A stretch of 64,000 nt of DNA from an uncultured virus (IMG/VR IMGVR_UViG_3300032167_000098) (IMGVR_UViG_3300032167_000098:1-64000), one strand, 5' to 3'; counted from the stretch's first letter, positions 9,645-19,017 are shown. A program made the numbers and translations. The notes: a model not told the origin generated them from the letters alone.

Positions 9645-10613
9645 TCAAACAGCGATTTTGTCCATCACTTTCAACAGCTTTGCTGAAAGATTAGGTTCAG
9701 TTGAGATAGAAAGTCCGGGTATAACTTTCATTCGTCTGTTAAGGTCATATACACTTTCTAACTTGACAAAGTAGTGCTGTTCGTAGTCGAGTGCAGCTTG
9801 AAGCAGCTGATACCGCGTTCCATGATAGTTTGCAAGATTATCCATCTCCATACAATTCATGAAAGTTTCTCTCTTTACTGAAATTGTTTCATTAGCTTTG
9901 TTCTCCAACGGAGTTCCGTCTGCTATCTGATATGGGAACAGGATATCAAGCGCAGTATTGATGTAACTTTCGGATGTTTTCTCCTTTAACAGATTCGCAG
10001 CAGATTTGTTGAGTGCTAGAATTGCCCTATCAACCGAAGAAAGAATCTGACTTGCGATTGCTTCATTTTCATCTTTAGTAGTTGCCAACGGAACTCGGAG
10101 GCAATATGTGTTTTTAGATAATGCTTGATTGAGAGTATTCTGACACACTACACGAATGGGTGTGTTAAGAATAGTTATGCGTCCGTCTGATTTAGTATGA
10201 TCATTTACAACAACGAAATAATGATCAACATCATCATCGACAACTTTGAACTGATCTCGAATCTTGTAGCAAGCAAACACGTTTTCACCTCTGCCTAAAC
10301 TAGCAGCTGTCTCTACATCGAGAGATTTTCCTACAAGAAAATCAAAAGTTTCGAATGCATCAATGTTCTGAATGAGCTCCGGAACTTTATTTACAAGAGC
10401 TAATACAGCATCATTATCTTCTCTGTAGATCGCATGGTAGCTCTTTATGTGATCGTGGCGATCAGTGAAGATAGGTAACGCAGCTACGGTCCAGTCAAAC
10501 TTGCCAGCTGCAACCAGCTCGCGGGCTGATTTCGGGCTTTCAGTTAATATCTGACCTTCTCGATGCCAGGGCACTTCTCCTACGTATATCATGGAATCAA
10601 TGTTTGCACTCAT
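9645..10613 (-). CDS. DUF932-family phage/plasmid protein
   Basis: Motifs PWH.xG, ETAASL.xGxxVF, NxH..DG and TPIRVVCQNTL. Confidence 0.85.
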   Translation of the reverse strand: MSANIDSMIYVGEVPWHREGQILTESPKSARELVAAGKFDWTVAALPIFTDRHDHIKSYHAIYREDNDAVLALVNKVPELIQNIDAFETFDFLVGKSLDVETAASLGRGENVFACYKIRDQFKVVDDDVDHYFVVVNDHTKSDGRITILNTPIRVVCQNTLNQALSKNTYCLRVPLATTKDENEAIASQILSSVDRAILALNKSAANLLKEKTSESYINTALDILFPYQIADGTPLENKANETISVKRETFMNCMEMDNLANYHGTRYQLLQAALDYEQHYFVKLESVYDLNRRMKVIPGLSISTEPNLSAKLLKVMDKIAV

Positions 10614-10647
10614 GTGTGAGTACCTCCTTCATATTTGTTGTGTATTC

Positions 10648-10657
10648 TATAACGATT
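10648..10657 (-). promoter_or_regulatory. Class M phage promoter motif AATCGTTAT(A/T) (representative copy)
   Basis: The motif recurs at 171, 8283, 10648, 17774, 19105, 38954, 39506, 40881, 46000, 47759, 49794, 51131, 53882, 56126 and 60915. All are on the - strand and most lie 20-100 nt upstream of a start. Confidence 0.75.
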
Positions 10658-10659
10658 CA

Positions 10660-10690
10660 TAAAAAAAGAACTGAGTTTTCTCAGTTCTTT
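10660..10690 (-). terminator. Intrinsic terminator
   Basis: AAAGAACTGAG/CTCAGTTCTTT hairpin followed by a U-run on the - strand. Confidence 0.7.
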
Positions 10691-10692
10691 CA

Positions 10693-11142
10693 TCAGTCAA
10701 TATAATCTAGATCTCGTGCAGCTTGTACGACCTCTTGGAATGAATGACCGTCATTGAGTAATTCTAACACTACATTATCTAAATCAAACTGATCGGATAG
10801 TTCGTATTCAGTGATATATTTATGCACTGTTTTGCTATCTGCGTTTTGAACAAGACCTAGTCGATCTAGAGTTTCAACTGAAAATCTATCGAGCATTTCT
10901 TCAGGCTCAACTTCTTCGTTGTTAAGATCAATAGGTTCATAATTAGATTCGCATACTATCAAGTTATCATCATCGTCAATGATTGCGCTGATAAATGCAA
11001 CATCTAGATCTCTTAACGCATTCCAGCCGACATCTTGTAACCTTTGAATGAGGATAATGTTTGCATTTTGTCTGCGAAGATCTCTGATTGTATCCTCAAG
11101 ATTAAATCTGTAGAATATTGTCTCTTGTACATATTCTCTCAT
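10693..11142 (-). CDS. Acidic hypothetical protein
   Basis: 149-aa ORF with an AGGAG RBS. Confidence 0.6.
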   Translation of the reverse strand: MREYVQETIFYRFNLEDTIRDLRRQNANIILIQRLQDVGWNALRDLDVAFISAIIDDDDNLIVCESNYEPIDLNNEEVEPEEMLDRFSVETLDRLGLVQNADSKTVHKYITEYELSDQFDLDNVVLELLNDGHSFQEVVQAARDLDYID

Positions 11143-11153
11143 GTTTGTTCTCC

Positions 11154-11537
11154 TTAGTTTACGGCATTCGGCAACTTACCACGTTTATCACCTGTAAGTT
11201 TGCTGTATTTAAAGTTATTGCGTAAATTAACGTAGTAGAAATGTCCCTTGCTAGGAGCTGTCACCCATTTTCTATATAGAGATATCGGCACATCATATAA
11301 TACGTATATATCACCTGGACCACCCGTTTTGTCTGCTTTGAACTGAACATATACGTCACCTGTTTTATCGTGTCTATCTCGTATGTTGATGTTGTAACCC
11401 CATACATTGCTGGATTTAACTCTTACAATGTGCGTCATTATATCTTTTGTCGAGATCGACGCTTGTATTATTGATTTTCTTTCAGCCGAATCGCAGAAGC
11501 AGATTTCTGCAATTGAAGCTCGAATCAATCTTTTCAT
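11154..11537 (-). CDS. KTSC-domain protein with basic leader peptide
   Basis: VKSSNV..Y...VYVQFK...YVLYDVP..LY....TAPSKGHFY...LRNNF matches the KTSC pattern; N-terminus is MKRLIRAS. Confidence 0.75.
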   Translation of the reverse strand: MKRLIRASIAEICFCDSAERKSIIQASISTKDIMTHIVRVKSSNVWGYNINIRDRHDKTGDVYVQFKADKTGGPGDIYVLYDVPISLYRKWVTAPSKGHFYYVNLRNNFKYSKLTGDKRGKLPNAVN

Positions 11538-11550
11538 TTAATTTAATTCC

Positions 11551-12039
11551 TTATGTAGATGTAAATATTATATGCAATTGAGCTGCGATGTCATCTGCAG
11601 TCATTTCGTTTGATGCAGATACTATATCAACTGCAATTGAGATAAATTGTTCTCGTTTTTCATGTGTGCGTTGAATCAACTCTGGTGTTATCTTGAACAA
11701 AGGATATTTGTTTGGTCCCGTCTGTGTTGCTTTGAAATATCCAAGATCCGCACGCGCATCTTTCAACGATTCGCCTAACTCTTTTCTGAATAACTTCTCA
11801 TATGTATTGATGGATAACTTCTTGTTATTCGGCTTCACCTCATAATCATTGATGATGGATACGAATTCGGACAATTCGTCTATCCAGTGATTCAAATCTC
11901 GAGTGCTATCATCATATATCAATACTTTCAGAAGATGCTCGTGTATAGCAGGCATTAGATGCTCAATGCGATCCTCTACTATCTTGCGAGGATGTGCGAA
12001 TGCGAATATATTTTGTTTTAATCGTATAAGTCGTTTCAT
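11551..12039 (-). CDS. DUF29-like helical protein with basic leader
   Basis: EHLLK...HWIDEL pattern; N-terminus is MKRLIR. Confidence 0.45.
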   Translation of the reverse strand: MKRLIRLKQNIFAFAHPRKIVEDRIEHLMPAIHEHLLKVLIYDDSTRDLNHWIDELSEFVSIINDYEVKPNNKKLSINTYEKLFRKELGESLKDARADLGYFKATQTGPNKYPLFKITPELIQRTHEKREQFISIAVDIVSASNEMTADDIAAQLHIIFTST

Positions 12040-12059
12040 CTGTGCATCTCCATCCTTTA

Positions 12060-12878
12060 TTATAAAAGGTCCATCATTTGTTGACCGGCAGTGGTTTGAT
12101 TGCGTAGCTGCTGCGTTTGAGAGATATTAAGACTCAATTCAGGATGTTCGTTGTAACATCGTTGAATCCAGTATGTCTCTCTGTTCAGCAAGTTCTCCGT
12201 CAACGAAACTATCTCGATTATCTCAAACAAATAATCTGTAATATTATCGACCGGGAAGCGATCCGTTTTCATGTGCTCTGCCCATCTGAACATAGGCATA
12301 TATTTTGTTTGGCCTACATAAAACTCTCGTGTAGATTTCTTTGTTATCTTATATATGTATCCAGCTATTTTTGATGTGAACATATCGCGTGTAACAAAGA
12401 ACTCACTGTCATCTTCTGGTTTCAATTTGAGTTTTTCGTCATACTTGTATTGATCTTTACACTTTGTGCAACAGAACCGCTTGTATTTGTAGTCCTGAAT
12501 ATTGTAGAAATCATGACGAATCTCATAGTCCTCAAAGGCGATAGGCCTGCTGTAATATGTGGTCACATGTGCGTGACAGTTATCGCATTCAAACTCAATT
12601 CGGTTGAAATATCGCTCAGTTGTAAAGCAATGTTCCCCGATTATGATGCAATACATATCGCCGGGCTGAAGTTTCTTGCTGTATGCAAAAGGAATATTAC
12701 CGTATGTATCTCGTATTATAGATTTAAATTGATCTCGACTGTCGCACACTATCACATCCATCAATAACTCGATGTTAGATCCCTTACTAGCACTTGAGTA
12801 AAATCCAAAGGCGATCTCATCAGTTGACGAGATCGGCTCTTCAGGCACTTGATAGATTCTGTATATTATTTCAAGCAT
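12060..12878 (-). CDS. GIY-YIG nuclease-domain protein with Zn-finger
   Basis: GYIYKIT...FYVGQT...RWAEH...ETYWI, preceded by CDNC...FCCTKC. Confidence 0.75.
   Translation of the reverse strand: MLEIIYRIYQVPEEPISSTDEIAFGFYSSASKGSNIELLMDVIVCDSRDQFKSIIRDTYGNIPFAYSKKLQPGDMYCIIIGEHCFTTERYFNRIEFECDNCHAHVTTYYSRPIAFEDYEIRHDFYNIQDYKYKRFCCTKCKDQYKYDEKLKLKPEDDSEFFVTRDMFTSKIAGYIYKITKKSTREFYVGQTKYMPMFRWAEHMKTDRFPVDNITDYLFEIIEIVSLTENLLNRETYWIQRCYNEHPELSLNISQTQQLRNQTTAGQQMMDLL
12061..12070 (-). promoter_or_regulatory. Class L phage promoter motif (A)ACCTTnTATA (representative copy)
   Basis: The motif recurs at 12061, 18263, 21975, 22856, 23623, 30723, 34692, 52364, 54994, 58283 and 61680, with variants at 60935 and 63260. 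Copies lie upstream of tail, holin and leader-bearing genes. Confidence 0.7.
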
Positions 12879-12879
12879 A

Positions 12880-13152
12880 TTATTCGGACGCTTCCTCTAT
12901 ACTGTCAATGGCTGCTTGAAGCGTATCCGCGGCATCTTCAAGCGAAGAGAGCGCTTCCTCCAGGTTGGAAACTGCGGCATCTGCTTTTTCATATCTTTCA
13001 GAATTCTGAAAACTTTCAGGAATGTTGTCGCGACACTCTTCCTCTTCATCCTTTATGGATTCAAGATCATCTTTGGTAGATTCAATATCTCCGAGTATAC
13101 TTTCAATTGCACTGATTACATCAGCAAGTGATTTACGTCTTACATCGTTCAT
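12880..13152 (-). CDS. Small acidic coiled-coil protein
   Basis: 90-aa heptad-rich ORF with a GAGGAG RBS. Confidence 0.65.
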   Translation of the reverse strand: MNDVRRKSLADVISAIESILGDIESTKDDLESIKDEEEECRDNIPESFQNSERYEKADAAVSNLEEALSSLEDAADTLQAAIDSIEEASE

Positions 13153-13581
13153 TTTATATTCTCCTCATTTTTATGTATTTCATATTCACTGATAGTAGGC
13201 CAATTTTCATCAGGCCAATCCATTCCAGGGTCATCTGCCCAAGGTTGATATGATTCTTCTTCATGAATGTAGTCAGCATACAACTGCTTCAACGAATCAT
13301 CTGATTCTGAATCCTTCTGGGCAGCTCGAATCAATGTGTCATCCGAATTGACAACTGATCGAGTTGTAGACACATCGTAGTATTCATCTTCTTCTGTATA
13401 AGGATCAATTAGATCGCTTGGATCTTCCTCAAAGTATGGACAATGTAATACACCACCAAACTCTTCATATTCTGCAAACTCGAGATCCGTCATCAGATCC
13501 TCTTTAGTGCACTCTGAATAGCCCACACTGTAATCTTTAAACAGGTGTTTTGCACCTACCGCACTTGATGTACTCAGTCAT
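13149..13581 (-). pseudogene. Cys-rich hypothetical gene interrupted by a one-base frameshift
   Basis: ATG 13581 has an AAGGAG RBS and reads MTEYIKCGRCK, then stops after 14 codons. Removing one base from the run at 13548-13551 gives CGRCKHLFKDYSVGYSEC, fused to ORF 13149..13526. Confidence 0.6.
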
Positions 13582-13599
13582 TGTATCGTTCTCCTTCGC

Positions 13600-13806
13600 T
13601 CATCTCCCGCACAAGCTATCGTACTGCTTCTTTGTCATCAACACGATGTCATCTGAATGCTCTGCACGTCCGGTTTGAATCAGGTCTCGAACCTCTTCTT
13701 CGTTTATCTTAGTATCATTAAACAGGGCTACCAGATTCATCGAATACTCTCCACCGATAACTCGTGTGAATTCTATCATCATTATATGTTCAGTCATGTT
13801 GATCAT
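13600..13806 (-). CDS. Small hypothetical protein (early cluster)
   Basis: AAGGAG RBS in a tightly packed operon. Confidence 0.6.
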   Translation of the reverse strand: MINMTEHIMMIEFTRVIGGEYSMNLVALFNDTKINEEEVRDLIQTGRAEHSDDIVLMTKKQYDSLCGR

Positions 13807-13812
13807 CGCTCC

Positions 13813-14100
13813 TTATCTATCGCCGAAGTATTCACCGTTCTCAATGTCGCGGACGCATCTGAGCAGTTCCTCAAGTGAGTTGCTGTTCATGATATCTTCC
13901 CACTCTCGAGGGCTGAGGACCTGACATTCTCTGTATCCGACGCGGCAGATGGTTGTCCACATCCAATCCTGACCCAGGTCAAGATAGACATCTTCGACTG
14001 TGTAAGTTGCGTTGTGCTTGCTGTCGTAAGTGAGCATCCGAGCTACTATCTGTAACTTCTTGTATTCTGGTTCGGTTTCTTTAACGATTCTGTATTTCAT
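13813..14100 (-). CDS. Small hypothetical protein (early cluster)
   Basis: AGGAGG RBS; 95 aa. Confidence 0.65.
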   Translation of the reverse strand: MKYRIVKETEPEYKKLQIVARMLTYDSKHNATYTVEDVYLDLGQDWMWTTICRVGYRECQVLSPREWEDIMNSNSLEELLRCVRDIENGEYFGDR

Positions 14101-14101
14101 G

Positions 14102-14278
14102 TTAGTTGTCCTCCTTATAGATGAGATCGGCGAGTAGCTTGTCTACGGGCTTGCCGGTTGATTTTGATTCTTCAAATAACTTATTAGCGATTTTCTCGCT
14201 CTCATTTCGCGTGTAGTTACCGACATCTTGAAGAATGTCGATAACTAACGCGAAGTTCTTAGTTGTTTTCAGCTTCAT
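14102..14278 (-). CDS. 58-aa hypothetical protein not in the ORF track
   Basis: Hand translation MKLKTTKNFALVIDILQDVG...YKEDN*; GAGG RBS; fills an operon gap. Confidence 0.55.
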   Translation of the reverse strand: MKLKTTKNFALVIDILQDVGNYTRNESEKIANKLFEESKSTGKPVDKLLADLIYKEDN

Positions 14279-14507
14279 GTTCTACCTCGTCTCTGATTTC
14301 GAGGTCTATGTCTATGATTTCGTCCATTTCGACTCCGAGCTCTTCGAGCTCATGAATCAACTTTGTGACCTCCTGGCCGCCTTCAGATGTCTGATAATAA
14401 TGACGAGCAGCTTCTTTGAACTGATCAATTGTGCAATCGATAGCGTTGAGTCTCATCTGCTCCATCATGTAGTTGGTTCTGAGAACCATTCGGCTCAACG
14501 TCATCAT
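14259..14507 (-). CDS. Small hypothetical protein (early cluster)
   Basis: Start MMTLSR follows GGAGG and overlaps the upstream stop. Confidence 0.6.
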   Translation of the reverse strand: MMTLSRMVLRTNYMMEQMRLNAIDCTIDQFKEAARHYYQTSEGGQEVTKLIHELEELGVEMDEIIDIDLEIRDEVEHEAENN

Positions 14508-14791
14508 ATCGCCACCTCCATTTCTACGATCTCTGAAGTAGATTTCCAGAAGTCTGTGTTCTCGGGATTCTTGTATGCGTAAGCTCTGACAACGTCGCAC
14601 TTGCGAGTGTAACCATATGCTTTAACTGCAGCAGCATGAAGTTCTTTGTACATCCCGGTCTTCTTCGGATGGTCACCTAAGTAAGCGATAAGAGCTTCGT
14701 TTCTGCCGATGTAAGCGATTGCAGTCTCGCCTGCGAAGTTCGGATTCTCTAAAGTTGCGATAGATGTCTCTTTCACCATGTAATACTTCAT
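14504..14791 (-). CDS. Small hypothetical protein, first gene after the early promoter
   Basis: AAGGAG RBS; 95 aa. Confidence 0.65.
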   Translation of the reverse strand: MKYYMVKETSIATLENPNFAGETAIAYIGRNEALIAYLGDHPKKTGMYKELHAAAVKAYGYTRKCDVVRAYAYKNPENTDFWKSTSEIVEMEVAI

Positions 14792-14827
14792 CTTGTAAAC
14801 TCCTTCTCTTGAAGAATTGATTTATTT

Positions 14828-14895
14828 TACAAGTATATTATAAGCCCTTCTGATTAAATCAGTATTATATATTTATTAAATTTTTATAAATTTTA
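14828..14895 (-). promoter_or_regulatory. 68-bp conserved AT-rich promoter element, copy 1 (class E)
   Basis: Near-identical to 45019-45086 and 54525-54592. Contains TATAAT, a CTGATTnAATCAG-type palindrome and a long AT tract. Confidence 0.75.
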
Positions 14896-14910
14896 AAGAT
14901 CAATACATAG

Positions 14911-14938
14911 AAAAAGCTCCGATGTATTTCGGAGCTTT
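14911..14938 (-). terminator. Intrinsic terminator after the amidase
   Basis: AAAGCTCCGA/TCGGAGCTTT hairpin with a U-run. Confidence 0.75.
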
Positions 14939-14941
14939 GTT

Positions 14942-16414
14942 TCATATTACTCTATTGAGTGCTTTATCATACGACCAAGGCTGTATTTGTTCAAATGCAT
15001 GTGCAATAGCAAACACATCTTCATCTTGATACTGCTTTCCGATGATCTGCATCCCTACCGGAAGCCCATCGTTTGTCATACCTGCCGGAACAGATGCAGC
15101 TGGATATCCGACGAAGTTGACCAGGGGTGTTTCGGCAAATGCAATGAATCCTATATTTGGATCAATTGCAACTCCGTCTACTTCCTTTACACATCCGTTG
15201 TCTTCATTGCGAAGCGGCGGACATATTGATGTCGGAGAGACGATTGCGTAATATCCTTGATCAAATACATCTTCAAAGTTGTCAAGAATATCTGTCCGAA
15301 TCTCATTGAACGTGCGCATGCTGTGAATATCAGTATCATATGCGATTTTATTGAATTTTATAAACTCTTCTGGTAGCTCATCTCTGTGATCCTTAACCAG
15401 ATCGAGTCCTTGACCTCTCCATAACTCTAAGTCGAGAGCGGTATCAAGCGATATTGACCATGCCCAGCAATACATTATACTGTATGCGGGAAACTTGAAG
15501 TTGAAATTGACGAAGTCTACGTGTGCTCCAGCTTCTTCAAGTCGTTTAGCTGCATTGAATACTATTTCACGAACTTCACTATCCGTTGAGAAAAGATTGA
15601 AGTCATATGTAAATGCGATCTTCTTTCCCTTGATCGGCTTCTTCATCAACTCTAAGAAATCCTTATTGTTGTTGATCGGAAGACTGATCGGATCTCTCGG
15701 ATTGTATCTCGCCATTCCGTTGAGCATCTGCGCGCTATCTTCAACTGTTTTTGTAAGTGCACCATTGAAACAATATGGATGTGTAGCTGACCAACCATCT
15801 GGCCTACAGTAACTTGGAATAGTTCCCAGCGATGCTTTGAAGCCGAAAAGATTGCACCAGCCTGCGGGAATTCGTATAGATCCACCTGCATCTCCACCTT
15901 CCCCAAGAAGAATGAGACCGTCTGCAACAGCTGCTGCGGTACCGCCAGAAGATCCACCTGACGTTCTTCCGGTATCAAATGGATTCTTAGTAGCACCATA
16001 CATCTTGTTGATGCAAGCTCCACTGAATCCAAATGCCGGCGCATTTGTTTTTCCTACCGCTATAGCACCAAATTCTTTTGCAGCGGTGTAAAACATAGAA
16101 TCTGCATCGTCAACTGCAACGAGTGATTTTACGCCGCCGTGAGAATTTGTCCACCCCTTCTTAGATGGTAAGAAATCTTTAAGGGCAACAGGAACTCCAG
16201 CAAAAGGTCCACAGTATTCTCCTGACTGAATACGCTTTTCCAGCTGACGTGCTTCCTCCATTGCATCCTCAATCTTTGTGTAGGTAAATGCATTGATTGA
16301 CGGATTTCTAGCTTGTATGCGTTCTGCAAAGTAGTTGATTACTTCCGTAGGTGAAACTTGTTTAGTGTTAACAAGCTCACCTAACTGTACTCCGGATAAT
16401 CTTTCCAGCTCCAT
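14942..16414 (-). CDS. Amidase-signature family enzyme
   Basis: GVPVALKD (Lys), GKTN, GGSSGG, GDAGGSIRIPA and GLPVGMQIIG; the Ser-cisSer-Lys triad is intact. Confidence 0.92.
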   Translation of the reverse strand: MELERLSGVQLGELVNTKQVSPTEVINYFAERIQARNPSINAFTYTKIEDAMEEARQLEKRIQSGEYCGPFAGVPVALKDFLPSKKGWTNSHGGVKSLVAVDDADSMFYTAAKEFGAIAVGKTNAPAFGFSGACINKMYGATKNPFDTGRTSGGSSGGTAAAVADGLILLGEGGDAGGSIRIPAGWCNLFGFKASLGTIPSYCRPDGWSATHPYCFNGALTKTVEDSAQMLNGMARYNPRDPISLPINNNKDFLELMKKPIKGKKIAFTYDFNLFSTDSEVREIVFNAAKRLEEAGAHVDFVNFNFKFPAYSIMYCWAWSISLDTALDLELWRGQGLDLVKDHRDELPEEFIKFNKIAYDTDIHSMRTFNEIRTDILDNFEDVFDQGYYAIVSPTSICPPLRNEDNGCVKEVDGVAIDPNIGFIAFAETPLVNFVGYPAASVPAGMTNDGLPVGMQIIGKQYQDEDVFAIAHAFEQIQPWSYDKALNRVI

Positions 16415-16417
16415 AGA

Positions 16418-17155
16418 TTACACCTTCACATTGTATTTGTTGAGATATTCCGCACCGACATCTTCTTTCTTCCACTTCCTCGCTATCTTGTAGCCTAAAG
16501 GGGAGAAGATGGCTTCTATAGCGAGTTCCAAAAGCATCATCAAGAATGAACATACAAACACCTGCTGAATTGTCCATCCAAAGAAGATGAATGATACAAA
16601 CAATGCAAATATGAAGTTATCTACAAACTGACCGGCAGCTGTTGAAATGAAACTTCTTACAGCAAATCCGCCGAAAGTATCTTTCTTGTCAACAAGTTTA
16701 CCTATCCCTTTGTTGACAAGAGAATTAACTAGACCTCCAAGGAACATCGCCGCCGCTGAACCGACAACTACATACCATGTTGATGCAAACGTGGAATCCA
16801 GCGCAGCGTTGATAGCAGCACTGATTTCAGGGGTTGCTCCGGCATAACTAGATGCCCAGATTCCGGGAATAGAAACAATTGCAGCATATAGAAGTGCAGT
16901 AAGCAAACTTATTATTGTTGCAATTGTGTTGAGTATGGTTGCAGCTTTTGGTCCAAAGCGTTTGCAAACTGCATCCATACACAGAAATGATATCCATGAA
17001 ACAAATATGCCTGCAGTCGATGCTAACCACGGAAGGTTGAAAATCGACTTGTTGGCCAGTAAATTCATGGATATCACGGATAGAATGAATACTGCTGTTA
17101 CGATACCTGGTATCGCTCTCATAGTGTCTTTGACTTGTGTTAACAATTTCTTCAT
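16418..17155 (-). CDS. YhhQ/VUT-family (queuosine-precursor transporter-like) membrane protein
   Basis: NLLANK, SFLCMD....FG...A and RSFISTAAGQFVDNFIF motifs; ~6 TM segments; GGAGG RBS. Confidence 0.8.
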   Translation of the reverse strand: MKKLLTQVKDTMRAIPGIVTAVFILSVISMNLLANKSIFNLPWLASTAGIFVSWISFLCMDAVCKRFGPKAATILNTIATIISLLTALLYAAIVSIPGIWASSYAGATPEISAAINAALDSTFASTWYVVVGSAAAMFLGGLVNSLVNKGIGKLVDKKDTFGGFAVRSFISTAAGQFVDNFIFALFVSFIFFGWTIQQVFVCSFLMMLLELAIEAIFSPLGYKIARKWKKEDVGAEYLNKYNVKV

Positions 17156-17162
17156 GTTAACT

Positions 17163-17217
17163 ACCTCCATTATTTTTATTTTAAGACGGGCTGTCAGGAT
17201 GTTACAAAACCGTCTTA
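17163..17217 (-). promoter_or_regulatory. Candidate preQ1-I-like riboswitch
   Basis: UAAGACGG-20-nt loop ending in C-CCGUCUUA, then AAAUAAAAAUAAU-GGAGG. The loop's ACAUCC can pair with the SD, and the element is directly upstream of the YhhQ-like gene. Confidence 0.4.
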
Positions 17218-17236
17218 TTTGCATTCTTCGTATTGA

Positions 17237-17743
17237 TTATTTGTTTCTATCTAAAACAGAAGAGTAGTCGCCTACACGAAGATCGTTGCAGATATCTCTG
17301 ACCTTCTTGAGCAGATGCCGCACATTTCGACAATCTTCTTTATTAATCAATACAGTGTATATGATAGGGCTATCTGGTTGCAGATCTGTAAGCTTCATAG
17401 GATGATCAGATACTCTGAATTTGACTTCAACAGGTTGTCCTAGTATATCTTCAAGACCTTCATAGTACTCCGGTTTAACTGCAATGTAGTACGAATAGCT
17501 GTCCCCACTTTGATATTCGTGCAGTATTTGCAAACCATGATGCAGTATGATCTGCATCACGTTGTATATCAAGTCGTTGTATGCTGCTCTTTGTTCTTCA
17601 GTTATTTGATATTCTTGCTGAATACTAGATCGACGAGTTAAGTAATCAACAGTTCGTGCTGCAGCTACATCATCCGAGTAATGATTCAAAATTACATCAA
17701 TGCAAATCAAGTATCGTGGAGCATTCTGTGTTGATCTTTTCAT
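17237..17743 (-). CDS. Hypothetical protein
   Basis: 168-aa ORF with a class M motif upstream. Confidence 0.6.
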   Translation of the reverse strand: MKRSTQNAPRYLICIDVILNHYSDDVAAARTVDYLTRRSSIQQEYQITEEQRAAYNDLIYNVMQIILHHGLQILHEYQSGDSYSYYIAVKPEYYEGLEDILGQPVEVKFRVSDHPMKLTDLQPDSPIIYTVLINKEDCRNVRHLLKKVRDICNDLRVGDYSSVLDRNK

Positions 17744-17785
17744 TCTTATTTCCTACTTCAGTTATATATATACTATAACGATTCA

Positions 17786-18229
17786 TCAATAGTGACCATA
17801 CAAATCTTCGTCAGTTTCTTCTTCCTCACTACGCCATTCAAATTCAAACGGACCGTCACATTCATATATAGATCCACGTTTACCTACATCATAGCTGCTG
17901 AGATAGTCTTCATCAAGACATTCATCTGCAAGTTTCTTAAGCAAGTCCTCGTAATCGTCTTCGCTGTGGCAATCTTCGATACCTTCAAGTATGTAGCGCG
18001 CGCCGTCTGCATATTTGTAGAGCCAGTTAGCATAATCAGACAGATCGTTTGCCCAGCCCTCAAGATCATATGTGTTATCAAATACGTCACCGTCATTGTA
18101 CCATTTGTAAATCAACTTGTTGATAGCAGTGACGATTTGATTCATCATCTTTTCGCCTTCGCCACGGTCTGGAAGATACTTATTAAGTATATCTTCAAAT
18201 TTATTGTAGTAACTCCATTCAACTGACAT
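17786..18229 (-). CDS. Acidic hypothetical protein
   Basis: 147-aa ORF with an AGGAG RBS and a class L motif upstream. Confidence 0.65.
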   Translation of the reverse strand: MSVEWSYYNKFEDILNKYLPDRGEGEKMMNQIVTAINKLIYKWYNDGDVFDNTYDLEGWANDLSDYANWLYKYADGARYILEGIEDCHSEDDYEDLLKKLADECLDEDYLSSYDVGKRGSIYECDGPFEFEWRSEEEETDEDLYGHY

Positions 18230-18282
18230 TTGTTATTATCTCCTATTACGTTTATTTATGTATATATAAGGTATGCTACGAA

Positions 18283-19017
18283 TTAATCAAATTTATATTT
18301 TCTGCGAATTGATGCAAATACAGATCCGTCGTAATCTTCAAACAGCTCCTCAGGTGTTCCTTCAAACAGCGTGATCTCCGGTGGATTTGTTTCAGCATCA
18401 TGTCCTATCCAAATACGTGCGGGCATATTATTTATATTACCGAAGGTGTCCCACATGAAGTTTTCTATTGTAGATCGCCAGTTGTATCCTTGTGAAGATA
18501 TTCTGAAGTAGATAGTATCTTCTCCAACAGAATCCAATTTACCTCCAGCTCGAACCCTTAGAAAATTCTGATTCAAATAGTATGCAATCTTACCTGCAAT
18601 CTTAACATCGTCAAGTCGTTCCCAATTCTCAATGATAGCGAAACTTTCATCCTCTTTCATACCTGTCATGATATCAAGAAGAAGCGATTTTGTTGTCTCA
18701 CATGGATCATAAGTATCACAGTACATGATATTGTAGAGAAGATCATCAAACGTAGCATCATAATCGGCATACAATTCTTGTGATACACGAACATACAACC
18801 AGTCTGTAGCAGCTTTACGTATTGGACCACTTAGATCATTATCAAATATCCAGTCAACAACACGTTCAATTTCTGAATAATTATCTTGAGCTGTTCCTGG
18901 ATTCGGATGATATGCGTTGTCAATACAGTTATATACATCTCCGTACTTATCTAACATCACGCATTCACCATGGATGACGTATCCTGTAGGTGCTTTATTA
19001 CACAGTATCTTTTTCAT
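18283..19017 (-). CDS. Hypothetical protein
   Basis: 244-aa ORF with an AGGAG RBS. Confidence 0.65.
   Translation of the reverse strand: MKKILCNKAPTGYVIHGECVMLDKYGDVYNCIDNAYHPNPGTAQDNYSEIERVVDWIFDNDLSGPIRKAATDWLYVRVSQELYADYDATFDDLLYNIMYCDTYDPCETTKSLLLDIMTGMKEDESFAIIENWERLDDVKIAGKIAYYLNQNFLRVRAGGKLDSVGEDTIYFRISSQGYNWRSTIENFMWDTFGNINNMPARIWIGHDAETNPPEITLFEGTPEELFEDYDGSVFASIRRKYKFD

Noticed and set aside
12060..12878. Intron-encoded homing endonuclease
   Set aside because: It is a free-standing gene coupled to its neighbours, with no interrupted host gene or intron structure seen around it.
14942..16414. gatA of a GatCAB amidotransferase
   Set aside because: No gatB or gatC is nearby; the sequence only supports the general amidase-signature family.
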